Virus record (IMG/VR): IMGVR_UViG_3300021579_000010
Span: 1 to 51,412 of that record
Strand: one strand, 5' to 3'
From: a virus
Lineage: Duplodnaviria; Caudoviricetes
Length of the DNA: 51,412 nt
This document shows positions 18,740 through 28,322 of the stretch, in pieces. Below the pieces are notes generated by a model, which was given only the letters and a program-made list of their open reading frames with translations, was not told the origin of the DNA and did no database searches. The translations under genes and the position numbers were made by a program. Within the stretch, counting starts at the first letter, position 1; every line of letters begins with the position of its first letter.

Positions 18740-19291
18740 ATGAAAAACTTACTTCTTATTTTACTGGTGTTCACTGGATTACTTGCCGAAGCGCAACCTA
18801 CACGTAAACACCCTAACTGGTCACCTGCACCATTTATCTACACAGGCCAGATGTACTACACAGCTAATGCCATCGCCTACACAGGTACTTATATACAGGA
18901 CACCATCGGTGCTTCTGCATCTATCAATCTTGCTGTAGCTGATTATAGGAAGGGTATTGTTGCGACTGATAGCTTTAGTTACCTGCCAATATTCGGTCAG
19001 GCTGCTCAGCAGTTTACTGTAAAATACACAAAAATATCCGGTAGTCCGGCTGTAACAGTTGTCCATGAATCATCTCCCGATGGTGTGTTGTGGGGTCCAC
19101 AGCTTACTACAAGCACGAACAGGTCACTGGATACACTAACTTTCACGGCATCAGGTACGGCTATTCTGTATGCACCTATCAGATATGGTAACTATGAGAG
19201 GTTAGCAATATACACTACATCAGCTACCCAATCAGGCTACATTAAGGCTTCTCACAACACTATTTTCCCGAACTACAACGCTACTAAGTAA
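18740..19291 (+). CDS. Signal-peptide-bearing beta-sandwich protein, first gene of the head operon
   Basis: MKNLLLILLVFTGLLAEA|Q; beta-rich 'VHESSPDGVLW'; TAATG overlap with the protease. Confidence 0.75.
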   Translation: MKNLLLILLVFTGLLAEAQPTRKHPNWSPAPFIYTGQMYYTANAIAYTGTYIQDTIGASASINLAVADYRKGIVATDSFSYLPIFGQAAQQFTVKYTKISGSPAVTVVHESSPDGVLWGPQLTTSTNRSLDTLTFTASGTAILYAPIRYGNYERLAIYTTSATQSGYIKASHNTIFPNYNATK

Positions 19292-20277
19292 TGGCTAAGG
19301 AAATCCTCATTTATAACGAACTTTATTCTTACACTGTGAGCAAATTCATTCAGGAGATGGAGGACGCACAGGGTCAGGATATTGTCGTTAGGGCTAACTG
19401 CCCTGGTGGGGATGTATTCTCTAGTTACGGTGTAGCTGCAAAGTGGAATGAACATACAGGTAACAAAACGCTGAAGATAGATGGCCGTGCTGATAGCATG
19501 ATGGCTTTCCTTCTTTGTAACGTAAACGATGCTGAGTGCTTAGATGTATCTCGTGTAATGTTCCACAGAGCAGCTTACCCATCTTACATAGAGGATAATA
19601 AAGAGCGTTTTACCGAGGCCATTAAAAAAGAACTTACAAGTGTCAATACAGACTTGCGTAAGATGATGGAACGCAAGGTGAATGCTAATATGTGGCAAGC
19701 CATTACAGGCGTGTCACTGGATGCAATGTTTAGTCTTGACACAAGAATTGACGTTGAACTTGATGCGCAGAAATGCTTAGCACTTGGTTTAGTAAAAAGG
19801 GTCAACAGCCTTACGGCAGAAAGGGCAAATGAGATTAATGCTATTGCCGCAAGATTTGGTATAGCAGCCATCCACAAGGTTGAAGCAAAAATTACAGAAA
19901 CAATTATTAAAACCCATAAGATTATGACAGTTGCGGAATTTCAAGCAGCAAACCCTACAGGGTACAAAGAAATCCTTAATGCAGGTGCAGCACAGGAGAA
20001 GGAGCGTATTGAAGCAATCATGACTTTCGCTGATGCGGATTTGAAAGCCTGTACGGACATGATTGCATCAGGTGCAACACCTGGCCCTAAATTCTTTGCA
20101 GAAATGTCAAAGAAGATGATGGCTAAGGGAACCCTGGGCGCATTGAAAGATGAGAACGTGGAGAACCTTGACCCTAACGCTAAGGCATCGGAGAAACCAG
20201 CAGAAGTTCTTACTGCTAAGCAGAAGGAAGCGGCTGAAATAGCTAAGGCATTAAAGGATGCCCGGAACATCAAATAA
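19291..20277 (+). CDS. ClpP-like (S14) prohead protease with C-terminal scaffold
   Basis: 'NCPGGDV', 'ADSM', 'MFH'; possible internal scaffold start ATG 19924 (MTVAEFQAANP). Confidence 0.9.
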   Translation: MAKEILIYNELYSYTVSKFIQEMEDAQGQDIVVRANCPGGDVFSSYGVAAKWNEHTGNKTLKIDGRADSMMAFLLCNVNDAECLDVSRVMFHRAAYPSYIEDNKERFTEAIKKELTSVNTDLRKMMERKVNANMWQAITGVSLDAMFSLDTRIDVELDAQKCLALGLVKRVNSLTAERANEINAIAARFGIAAIHKVEAKITETIIKTHKIMTVAEFQAANPTGYKEILNAGAAQEKERIEAIMTFADADLKACTDMIASGATPGPKFFAEMSKKMMAKGTLGALKDENVENLDPNAKASEKPAEVLTAKQKEAAEIAKALKDARNIK

Positions 20278-20305
20278 TTATAAACCCTTTTAAAGCATAA
20301 ATAAA

Positions 20306-20749
20306 ATGGCCGGATTCGGAGTTTTACAAAACAACTGGACAACCCAACAGTTGTTCATCGGTGGTAACCTGCTGTACAAGACAGGCACTTACACCAATTC
20401 AGGTGGCTCACCTGTGACCCTCGCGATGGGTACACTTGTTGGACAGGTGCTTGCTACAGGTAAGATTTTACCTTTAGTAGCTGCTGCGACAGATGGTAGT
20501 CAATACCCTCGTGGTGTGCTACAGCAGTCTTACACGGTTGCTGCTGGTGCGAGCGTAACAGTGTCATACTGTTTTTCTGGAATGGTGAACCAGAACATGC
20601 TTATCCTGAACGGTTCAGAAACACTTGACACCACGGTAGCGAGTGCAACCACAGGTGGTGGCAGCATAGGCGCACTTATCACCTCACTGACTACAATCAC
20701 ATTGTGGGCTTCAAACGAACTGTCTAAGTACGACAACGCAGTATCCTAA
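20306..20749 (+). CDS. Head decoration protein (lambda gpD/HDPD-like)
   Basis: 'GTLVGQV..TGK...ATDGSQYPRGVL'; between protease and MCP. Confidence 0.85.
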   Translation: MAGFGVLQNNWTTQQLFIGGNLLYKTGTYTNSGGSPVTLAMGTLVGQVLATGKILPLVAAATDGSQYPRGVLQQSYTVAAGASVTVSYCFSGMVNQNMLILNGSETLDTTVASATTGGGSIGALITSLTTITLWASNELSKYDNAVS

Positions 20750-20776
20750 TCTATAACCTTATAAAATAATAATACT

Positions 20777-21889
20777 ATGGCCAGTTCATTCGGCAATATC
20801 AGTAGCTCCGAAATTAAACCATTATTTACCACCGAGATTGTGGACAGGTTTGATGAACTCATGGAAATCCGCACAACTGGGTTCTTGAGGTCATTCTTTG
20901 CGCCCGTAATAGCTAAGGTACTTTACCCTGCTATCGAGGTAAGGCGTGGTACTGAGAAGGTGGGAGTTGACATAACCTTGGGTTCTCAGGGCTTGCGTAC
21001 GCAAATCACAAAAGCCACGCAAAAAATCTATGACCCTTACTACTTCTTCTATTTTTCCGATGTGTCTAAATTGGAGTGTTACTACAACACGTTTGGCAGT
21101 GGTACATTCAACTTAAACTCAATGGTTGAACTGGCAGATAAGGTGTCCGTAAGCAACAAGTCCAACATGGATTTGATTGACAGGGCAATTGAACTGTGGT
21201 GCGCTGAGGTTATGGAGTTTGGTACAACGACCAGCTTACGTGACGGTACTGTGATTGACTTTGGCCGTAAAGCTGAATCTATTGTTGACCTAGGGGCAGG
21301 CCATTACTGGAACGTATCAGGGGTTGACCCTTCTGTATCTTTCCAGGCAGCAGGTGAGTTTATGCGTAAGGAAGGTAAGTATGCAAGCACTGTGTTCCAT
21401 GCCATCCTTGGCAGCGAAGCAAACCTCGCATTACAGGCTAACGATGTTATCCTGAGCCGTGCTAAGAGCATTGAAACACTGAAGCTGGAAACCATCATTG
21501 CACCTACACAGTTGAAAGCTGACGGTCAGGCATACCGTGGCACGTACACGGCTGGTAGCTATACTTTCCATTTATGGGAATACCCACAGTTCTACGAATT
21601 GGCTGACGCTTACCCTGAAACACCAAACAGCACCTACACACTGACACCATACATCAACCCAATAAAGGTATTCGTTTTACCAGCAGAAGATATTTTGCCA
21701 GGTAACATCCTTTACGGTGCCTGTCCTCAAATCGGAATGAACACAGCATCTCTGGAAGCTGGACCGTTCCACATGAAGGAAAGAATTGACACATGGAATG
21801 TATTCCACGAATTTGGTGTAGAAAGCCGCCCTATGGTAGTTCCTAAGTTGATTGACAGATTTTACACCATGCAGGTTCTACCTGCTTAA
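20777..21889 (+). CDS. Major capsid protein (lambda gpE family)
   Basis: 'FLRSFF', 'IDRAIELWCAEVM', 'IDFGR', 'VESRPM'. Confidence 0.92.
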   Translation: MASSFGNISSSEIKPLFTTEIVDRFDELMEIRTTGFLRSFFAPVIAKVLYPAIEVRRGTEKVGVDITLGSQGLRTQITKATQKIYDPYYFFYFSDVSKLECYYNTFGSGTFNLNSMVELADKVSVSNKSNMDLIDRAIELWCAEVMEFGTTTSLRDGTVIDFGRKAESIVDLGAGHYWNVSGVDPSVSFQAAGEFMRKEGKYASTVFHAILGSEANLALQANDVILSRAKSIETLKLETIIAPTQLKADGQAYRGTYTAGSYTFHLWEYPQFYELADAYPETPNSTYTLTPYINPIKVFVLPAEDILPGNILYGACPQIGMNTASLEAGPFHMKERIDTWNVFHEFGVESRPMVVPKLIDRFYTMQVLPA

Positions 21890-21900
21890 AACCAACATAA

Positions 21901-22269
21901 ATGGCAGACAAGTATTACGTTACAGCAGGTGCCATCCCTGCGTTCAAACACGTCAAGAGGCATGTCAAAGGGAAAGACGGTAAAATGCGTATGGTCATGA
22001 TGGGTGACCTACTTGAAGAAAGTTTTTTTGAGGATGGCGAAATTGCCGACCTGATGAGGAAAAACTTCATAGTCCTATATGAACCACACACGGTTACCAA
22101 AGCGGATTTGGAACACACATCTACCGTACGTAACCCTACAACAGGTGTAGGTGAGCAGGTGAAAACCAACAGGCACGTAATTGAGGCGCATGACCTTAAA
22201 CCAGGTATGGTCATTCATAAGGGTACAAAAGGGTTCAAGCCTGCGGCAGTGACCGAGGCTAAGAAATAA
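21901..22269 (+). CDS. Small head-associated protein (packaging chaperone-like)
   Basis: Directly after MCP; 'GD....F....IADL....IV' similar to the next ORF. Confidence 0.55.
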   Translation: MADKYYVTAGAIPAFKHVKRHVKGKDGKMRMVMMGDLLEESFFEDGEIADLMRKNFIVLYEPHTVTKADLEHTSTVRNPTTGVGEQVKTNRHVIEAHDLKPGMVIHKGTKGFKPAAVTEAKK

Positions 22270-22293
22270 TAAAGATAATTTTTAGTATAGCAG

Positions 22294-22321
22294 AAAAGCC
22301 GTCAGCAATGGCGGCTTTTTT
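22294..22321 (+). terminator. Intrinsic terminator after the capsid genes
   Basis: AAAAGCCGTCA-GCAA-TGGCGGCTTTTTT. Confidence 0.8.
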
Positions 22322-22334
22322 AAAATCAGGGAAT

Positions 22335-22496
22335 ATGTATAAGATATTAGCAGCATCGGTTACAGGGCATGGAGCCAACAGGTTTAAGGAAGGTGATGAA
22401 GTGCCTAAGTACAGGCTTATTGAAGCCAACATACCTGCGCTTATAGAGGCTGGTGCAATTGTGGAAATTAAACCTGAAGAACTAGACGGGGAATAG
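22335..22496 (+). CDS. Small head-associated protein, probable paralog of 21901..22269
   Basis: MYKILAASV...GDEV.....NIPALIEAGAIVEI; start moved downstream of the terminator. Confidence 0.6.
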   Translation: MYKILAASVTGHGANRFKEGDEVPKYRLIEANIPALIEAGAIVEIKPEELDGE

Positions 22497-23239
22497 TGGG
22501 GTTCACTGCCGACATAGCGCAAGATATAGCAGATATTCTGTCCGACACGGACGAGTTCGCCATACCTGTAATCTGGACGGTTACCGGTGGCAGCACTGTT
22601 GTGTCTAAGACATGCAACGCACAGGTAGTTCTCCACAACTTTTACATCAACGACACAGGTAATGCTGTGATAGGCACTACTTCACGCATTATGGTGAGTG
22701 AGGTATCTTTGAAAGCAGCAGGGTTCCCTACACGGGATAGCAACGGCAAATTCAGCTTAAAAGGAGATATTGTAACTTTTACTGAGGAAGTGAACCAAAC
22801 GCAGATAACCTTTGGTATCCGTGAAGTTTTCGGAAATTACCAGACAGGAATGATTACCTGCACACTCGGCACATATGGCACTGTTACACCTCCTGGTAGA
22901 ACGATTATAGGCTGGATTGCAGCACCTATCCTGATTAAAGTAATGACCACTCCTGGCACTCAAAAGCAGACATTGGCTAATGGTGACCAGATTAATATTG
23001 AGTATGCAGTAGATGGCCAAGGTAAGCTACCAATTCCTTACCTGGTAAGCTACACGGCACTTACTCCGTTCTTAATGGACAATGTGAATTACAGCTTAGT
23101 AGTAACACCTGCTTTTGACGCAAACGCTGTGCTGTACACAGTGGCTACAGGCACATTCAACAATGCTAATAACGGGGGCTTTGCTCCTGATATAAATGTA
23201 ATAACTGTTAACGCATCAATCCCAATTTGGAAAACATGA
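22496..23239 (+). CDS. Head closure / head-tail joining protein (lambda FII-like) with C-terminal extension
   Basis: 'DIADILSDTDEFA', 'LKGDIVTF', 'GMITCTL', then ~120 extra aa. Confidence 0.65.
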   Translation: MGFTADIAQDIADILSDTDEFAIPVIWTVTGGSTVVSKTCNAQVVLHNFYINDTGNAVIGTTSRIMVSEVSLKAAGFPTRDSNGKFSLKGDIVTFTEEVNQTQITFGIREVFGNYQTGMITCTLGTYGTVTPPGRTIIGWIAAPILIKVMTTPGTQKQTLANGDQINIEYAVDGQGKLPIPYLVSYTALTPFLMDNVNYSLVVTPAFDANAVLYTVATGTFNNANNGGFAPDINVITVNASIPIWKT

Positions 23240-23556
23240 GAAAACTAATGACACTGATTGCCTTACTTGTGGCATCAGTAGCTTTCGGGCAGGCCAACAC
23301 AAAACAAGTGCAGATTAAAAACATATCCAGCACATGTATTCAGATTAACGGTCAGGATTACCCTAAAAACGGGTTTCTGCTCACGCAGTACAAGTATGGC
23401 ACGACCGACAGCACACTAGGGCTGCTATACGCCAATACAAGGACTTACATGCTTGCACCCACTATTGATTCGCTGTTCTACTATGTGGACAGCAGCAAGA
23501 AAGCGTACAACATGACAGTACTCCGGACGTGGTTCAGAACTAATCTAGGCAACTAA
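23236..23556 (+). CDS. Signal-peptide-bearing hypothetical protein
   Basis: MRKLMTLIALLVASVAFG|Q; ATGA and TAATG overlaps with neighbours. Confidence 0.75.
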   Translation: MRKLMTLIALLVASVAFGQANTKQVQIKNISSTCIQINGQDYPKNGFLLTQYKYGTTDSTLGLLYANTRTYMLAPTIDSLFYYVDSSKKAYNMTVLRTWFRTNLGN

Positions 23557-24164
23557 TGGGCTTAATACCAGGACTTATACCGAAGCAGAATTTCGAGGTC
23601 ATACGTGATGCATTAGGTGCTTTGCTTATGCTAGAGATGTCTGCGCAGTATGCACTGGATAACAGCTACCCAAACATACAAGCTGTTGATGTAGAGAGGT
23701 TCATCCCATACAGTGGTGATACCGAGCTACCCCGTATCAACGTGAACGTGGATAAAATAGAATGGAACCAACAGAGTAGCAGGATTGCTTATGGCGATGT
23801 CACATACAACATAGATATATACGCAACAGGTAACAGCAGTGAGGTAGCTGAAGGTGATAAAGAGGCTATGTACCTGACCAGTAAGATAGCAGGTCTGGTG
23901 AGGGCTATCATCACTAATCCTGTATATGCTAATCTTGGTGTTACCCCAGGTGCCATCAGCAGCAGGTGTATTGATAAGCTGATGATACTCAGTAAAGCCC
24001 AAGTAGCTGATGCTCTGAGTAATGTACTAGGTAGGGTACAGCTAATGGTACGCTGTGCAGAGGGTGTTGAACTGTCGCTGGCAACTAACCTTGTCACTGA
24101 AATGACTACAAAAGTAAAACTTAACAACAGTACCTATGGGTACTACTATGACATCATATTATGA
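23556..24164 (+). CDS. Tail terminator / neck protein
   Basis: 'NFEVIRD', 'ELPRINV', 'YNIDIY'; position in the neck region. Confidence 0.7.
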   Translation: MGLIPGLIPKQNFEVIRDALGALLMLEMSAQYALDNSYPNIQAVDVERFIPYSGDTELPRINVNVDKIEWNQQSSRIAYGDVTYNIDIYATGNSSEVAEGDKEAMYLTSKIAGLVRAIITNPVYANLGVTPGAISSRCIDKLMILSKAQVADALSNVLGRVQLMVRCAEGVELSLATNLVTEMTTKVKLNNSTYGYYYDIIL

Positions 24165-24619
24165 AACTAGGAGCGTTACCAACAGATACACTTGACCCAG
24201 CCACCGATACAGTGCTAGTGGTTCGTGATGTGGCTGGTGTCAAGTCTGACATCAGAGTACCAGCTACTGATTTTTCAGTGCCGGTTACGCCAGGTACACC
24301 AATACCTGCACTACACCCCGGAGCTGGAACAGGAGCCACGGTAACACTAATTAACTGCACTGATAAGTCAGGCACAATACAGGTTACAACAGGCACTTCA
24401 CCATCTACAAGTCAAAGAATAGTAGAAATGGCGTTTAGTACAGCTTACACAACACCTGTAAGCGTGGTATTTAGCCCATTTGACGAAAACGCTAACACCG
24501 CATCAGGGTTTGTGTACTGTAACTCAAATCACACAGCAGGTTTTTCCATTGTTGCTAATTCGCTAGGAAGTTTAAACGGACCAGGGGTTGTTTACGAATG
24601 GTCATACATTGTTTTATGA
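24161..24619 (+). CDS. Short fibre/adaptor protein with beta-rich tip domain
   Basis: N-terminal 'KLGALP..D.VLVV' anchor-type motif; 'FSTAYTTPVSVVFSP..WSYIV'. Confidence 0.55.
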   Translation: MKLGALPTDTLDPATDTVLVVRDVAGVKSDIRVPATDFSVPVTPGTPIPALHPGAGTGATVTLINCTDKSGTIQVTTGTSPSTSQRIVEMAFSTAYTTPVSVVFSPFDENANTASGFVYCNSNHTAGFSIVANSLGSLNGPGVVYEWSYIVL

Positions 24620-26943
24620 GGTATTTAATATTCACACTACTTTTCCTCTCTGCAACCAGCTATGGGCAGGCACCTGTAAGGCAGGTTAACAGATATGGGC
24701 AGCTAGGCTACATAGATTCCAACAAGGGAACTTCTATGCAGAACCAACTCATAATACCTGACACAGGTACTTTGTTCAACCCCTTCCTTGATAGCATACG
24801 CTCCATTAGGTTCAATCCTGTTGACACTACTTTAGAGGTATACCTACCATCATTAGGTGGCTGGTTTGCTATTAAAGGAGGTACTGGTGGTGGCGGTAGT
24901 TACTCTGCCGGATACGGTCTATTACTGGCGCGACACACATTCAGGGTTGATTCAGGAGTTGTAGCATCCCTGAACTGGATTGATAGTGTCCTAGCAGCCA
25001 ACCCCTACGGGTGGATAAGTGAGGAAACAGACCCTTATAGTTTTCATTTTGACGATAGCAACACACATAACAATGCAATTACATTAGACTACTTCAATGA
25101 CAGCACTTACTATTTAAGGCAATTGCGAGATGCTAAAATTACCAGCCCTGTAGATAAGCAAGTGTTAGAATACAATTCCTCGTATTGGGTTAACCGTACG
25201 CCATATTGGGTAAAATCAGGTGATAGCAATGTAAATGGCGGTTATGCAAGTTATTACTCAATCAATCCTATACCTCACGCAGGCATGATACTAGGAAGTA
25301 ATGGCACAGGCTTTGTATGGACTTCCTTACCTACATCAGTAGGCAGGCTTGCTTGTACCGATAACAGTATCAACATACAGCCTATTAGTGGCTCGGACAG
25401 CGTTGTGTATGTATCAGTGAATGTAGCGAACGGCTATAAATTTTCAGGTGTAGATACTTTCACCCAAAACCTTTATCTACAAAACAAATTAGGTATCGGA
25501 ACAGGCGCACCAGGCGCACCGCTTGACATTCATAGTTCAGGTAGTGTACTTGCCCAAATGGAGAATACTAGCACAGGCAATAGCTTAATAACATTCAGAA
25601 ATCAGGGGTCGGCATATTGGGGAATAGGTAATAATTACAATGGAGGTTTGAATGATTTTATAATCTACAATGCCCAAACCTTTACAAACCCGATAAGTAT
25701 TGCTGAAGATAACACTATTACGGTATCAGGTAACATAATTGCCACAGGTCATAACGCAACAGCCGATACGTTTAAAGGCATACCATACAGCGCAGCAGGG
25801 GGAGCGCTAACAGGCAACTTTCCCAATCCTACAATTGCGGCAAGCGGAGTTGGCGCAGGAACATGCAACTATTGCAATCTTACCATTGGCTCGGATGGGC
25901 GAGTTTCATCTAAGAGCAATGGTACAGCCCCAATTAGCTATTCGTTTAAGCTACCACTATCAATCAACAGTACTACGGTTTCTATACCTGCCGTTTCAGC
26001 AACAGATAGTGGTTATGTTACTCCAACACAATATAACACGTGGAACGCTAAGGGGGCAGGTACGGTAACAAGCCTATCAGTCGCCACTTCAAACGGTTTT
26101 GCAGGTTCAGTCGCAACAGCCACTACAACACCTGTTATTACTATGTCATTAACCCCAACAGTAGGTAGTATTGTTAAGGTCGGTTCAGGTGGTTCAGCTA
26201 CAGCAGCAGTGGCAGGAACGGACTATTTGACAACAGCCGTTACAAGTGTTGGGCTATCAGTACCGTCTATATTTTCAGTTACACCTACACCAATCACCAC
26301 AACAGGTACATTCAGCGTTACGGCAGTTCCTGAAACAGCCAACTATGTCTGGGCAGGACCTACTACAGGCGCAGCAGCACAACCCTCGTTCAGGGCTTTA
26401 GTTGGGTCGGATATACCCACAACCACTGTTACAGCAGGCATTTATGGCAGTGGGTCGCTTATACCATCATTCACAGTAGACGCAACAGGTAGGCTCACAG
26501 GGGTTACCACATATACCTTCAGTGCCGGGGGCAGCTCTACCACCCTGACAGCAGGTCCAGGAATCGCACTTACGGCAGGTACTAACACGTATACGGTATC
26601 TGTAGCAGCCAACACCATGTATGACAATGGGAACAGCAGCACAGCGAAGACATGGGATGGGGTAAACGGTACGCTCCAAAAAATGGCAATGACAGGTAAT
26701 TGTGTAATCACGCTACAGAACTTATTAGTAGGAGTGCCTTACTATTTCTATGTCACACAGTCAGCAGGTACGCTATACGCTCTGAGCAGCACAGGCACCA
26801 GTGCGATTAAAGCACCCTTCAACGGGGTGGGCGTATGGCCGCTAACGCAGGTAGCATCAGCACTTGATGTGTACACCATAATCAATTATGGTACGGTAGC
26901 AAGCCCTTTATATAAAATGTCCTACAGCCCATACAACAACTAA
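24616..26943 (+). CDS. Long fibre-like protein with N-terminal Sec signal peptide
   Basis: MRYLIFTLLFLSATSYG|Q; fibre motifs 'ETDP', 'LGIGTGAP', 'LTIGSDGRV', 'IPSFTVDATGRLT'; Thr/Gly/Ser-rich. Confidence 0.8.
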   Translation: MRYLIFTLLFLSATSYGQAPVRQVNRYGQLGYIDSNKGTSMQNQLIIPDTGTLFNPFLDSIRSIRFNPVDTTLEVYLPSLGGWFAIKGGTGGGGSYSAGYGLLLARHTFRVDSGVVASLNWIDSVLAANPYGWISEETDPYSFHFDDSNTHNNAITLDYFNDSTYYLRQLRDAKITSPVDKQVLEYNSSYWVNRTPYWVKSGDSNVNGGYASYYSINPIPHAGMILGSNGTGFVWTSLPTSVGRLACTDNSINIQPISGSDSVVYVSVNVANGYKFSGVDTFTQNLYLQNKLGIGTGAPGAPLDIHSSGSVLAQMENTSTGNSLITFRNQGSAYWGIGNNYNGGLNDFIIYNAQTFTNPISIAEDNTITVSGNIIATGHNATADTFKGIPYSAAGGALTGNFPNPTIAASGVGAGTCNYCNLTIGSDGRVSSKSNGTAPISYSFKLPLSINSTTVSIPAVSATDSGYVTPTQYNTWNAKGAGTVTSLSVATSNGFAGSVATATTTPVITMSLTPTVGSIVKVGSGGSATAAVAGTDYLTTAVTSVGLSVPSIFSVTPTPITTTGTFSVTAVPETANYVWAGPTTGAAAQPSFRALVGSDIPTTTVTAGIYGSGSLIPSFTVDATGRLTGVTTYTFSAGGSSTTLTAGPGIALTAGTNTYTVSVAANTMYDNGNSSTAKTWDGVNGTLQKMAMTGNCVITLQNLLVGVPYYFYVTQSAGTLYALSSTGTSAIKAPFNGVGVWPLTQVASALDVYTIINYGTVASPLYKMSYSPYNN

Positions 26944-27803
26944 TGAGAACACTGGTATTTATATTATTAAGCACGATAGCCATGGCTCAGGACTACCCTC
27001 CGCAAGCCAGAGCAGTCCTTATCACTACCAATGCATCATCAAGCCTGACTGACGGTAGGGCTTATGCTGTGGCGTACCAAGCAGGGCTACTCAACTACTA
27101 CGCGACCTCAGCATTCGGGTTAACCACCACTGGCGTGATAGCTTCTTATTATGCGGCTAAGTACTACTTGCTCGGTAGTACCCTGGCGCAGATGAAATAT
27201 AACTTCATCAATACCAGTAGCTACACCTTAACAGACGTAAACACATGCACCTACTCAGCAGCAGGCATAGGAACAAGTGCATCTGGTAATAAATACGTAA
27301 ACACCAATTTCAACGATAGCACTAATGGCAGTGATACCATGGGTATCCAAATATACAGCAGTGCAATATCTACTACAGGTGATAATAATATGATGGGTGT
27401 AGATGGTACGATTCTTGCTACTTCCAGTTTTACATACCTGCAAATGAATGGCAGCACTATATACACAGGTATGCATGACAATGGTAACTTTAGTTTTGCG
27501 AATGGTTCAACCACGTACAACGGGATAAGCCATTTCATACAAAGGCAGGGCGCACCGAACTACACGAAAACAGTCTATTTCCAATCAGGAGCGCTAAAGA
27601 AAACCAACACTGCCACAGCCCTGTTCAGGCCAAATTATAGTATCTTTGTTGGTGGGGTGAGCGACAGGGGTACGATTAATAAGCCTATGACAGCCACAAT
27701 CGGGTGTTTTGGTATTACGTCAGGCAGGGAACTAACAACAGCACAGGTGTTGGAAAGTTGGAATATTGATAGCAAGATATTAACTACAGGAGGGAAAAAC
27801 TAA
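26943..27803 (+). CDS. Signal-peptide-bearing LamG/concanavalin-like lectin protein
   Basis: MRTLVFILLSTIAMA|Q; 'YVNTNF', 'IFVGG', 'GRELTTAQV'. Confidence 0.65.
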   Translation: MRTLVFILLSTIAMAQDYPPQARAVLITTNASSSLTDGRAYAVAYQAGLLNYYATSAFGLTTTGVIASYYAAKYYLLGSTLAQMKYNFINTSSYTLTDVNTCTYSAAGIGTSASGNKYVNTNFNDSTNGSDTMGIQIYSSAISTTGDNNMMGVDGTILATSSFTYLQMNGSTIYTGMHDNGNFSFANGSTTYNGISHFIQRQGAPNYTKTVYFQSGALKKTNTATALFRPNYSIFVGGVSDRGTINKPMTATIGCFGITSGRELTTAQVLESWNIDSKILTTGGKN

Positions 27804-28009
27804 TGAAATTCATAATCCTACCCTTATGGTTCGTACACTGGATTGTCACTGTAGAAGTGAACAACCACAAGATAGCACCGTGGAAGTACCCTATTAATGG
27901 AGACAGCCAATGGATTTGCAATTATGATTCTTACCCAATATTTTACAAACAATTCGACAGTTTGTTGTATATTGAGGGCAAATTAGATACTGTAACAATA
28001 AAAGAATGA
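27803..28009 (+). CDS. Hypothetical protein
   Basis: 68 aa, TAATG-coupled. Confidence 0.6.
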   Translation: MKFIILPLWFVHWIVTVEVNNHKIAPWKYPINGDSQWICNYDSYPIFYKQFDSLLYIEGKLDTVTIKE

Positions 28010-28013
28010 TATT

Positions 28014-28322
28014 ATGCCACAACAAGATTTAATGGTGGAAGTTAGCTTTGCAGTTGAACCAACCACTTTAGTACACAGGATAGGTGGTAGCACCTATAAC
28101 CCTGCGGTAGAAGCACAAAATGTACCTGCCGTGGATTTAATATCTTGGATTGATACCAACACTGATGGCGAGTTTCGCTTATGTACTCGTAAATTTTTTG
28201 GTGAAGTGTTGGATGGTGACTTTGAGAACTCGGTACACACGTACTCCACTAAAGCTGCTGACCACGTACTCGTATGTGGCTTAGTTGGTGGGCACCCTAC
28301 AACCGTACTGCGCCCAAGGTAA
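28014..28322 (+). CDS. Hypothetical protein
   Basis: 102 aa in operon. Confidence 0.65.
   Translation: MPQQDLMVEVSFAVEPTTLVHRIGGSTYNPAVEAQNVPAVDLISWIDTNTDGEFRLCTRKFFGEVLDGDFENSVHTYSTKAADHVLVCGLVGGHPTTVLRPR

Noticed and set aside
22308-22334. ORF-track start at 22308
   Set aside because: Falls within the terminator hairpin; ATG 22335 preferred. Starts at 11861, 23236, 24616, 28322, 35245 and 45107 were likewise revised using stop/start overlaps or promoter position.
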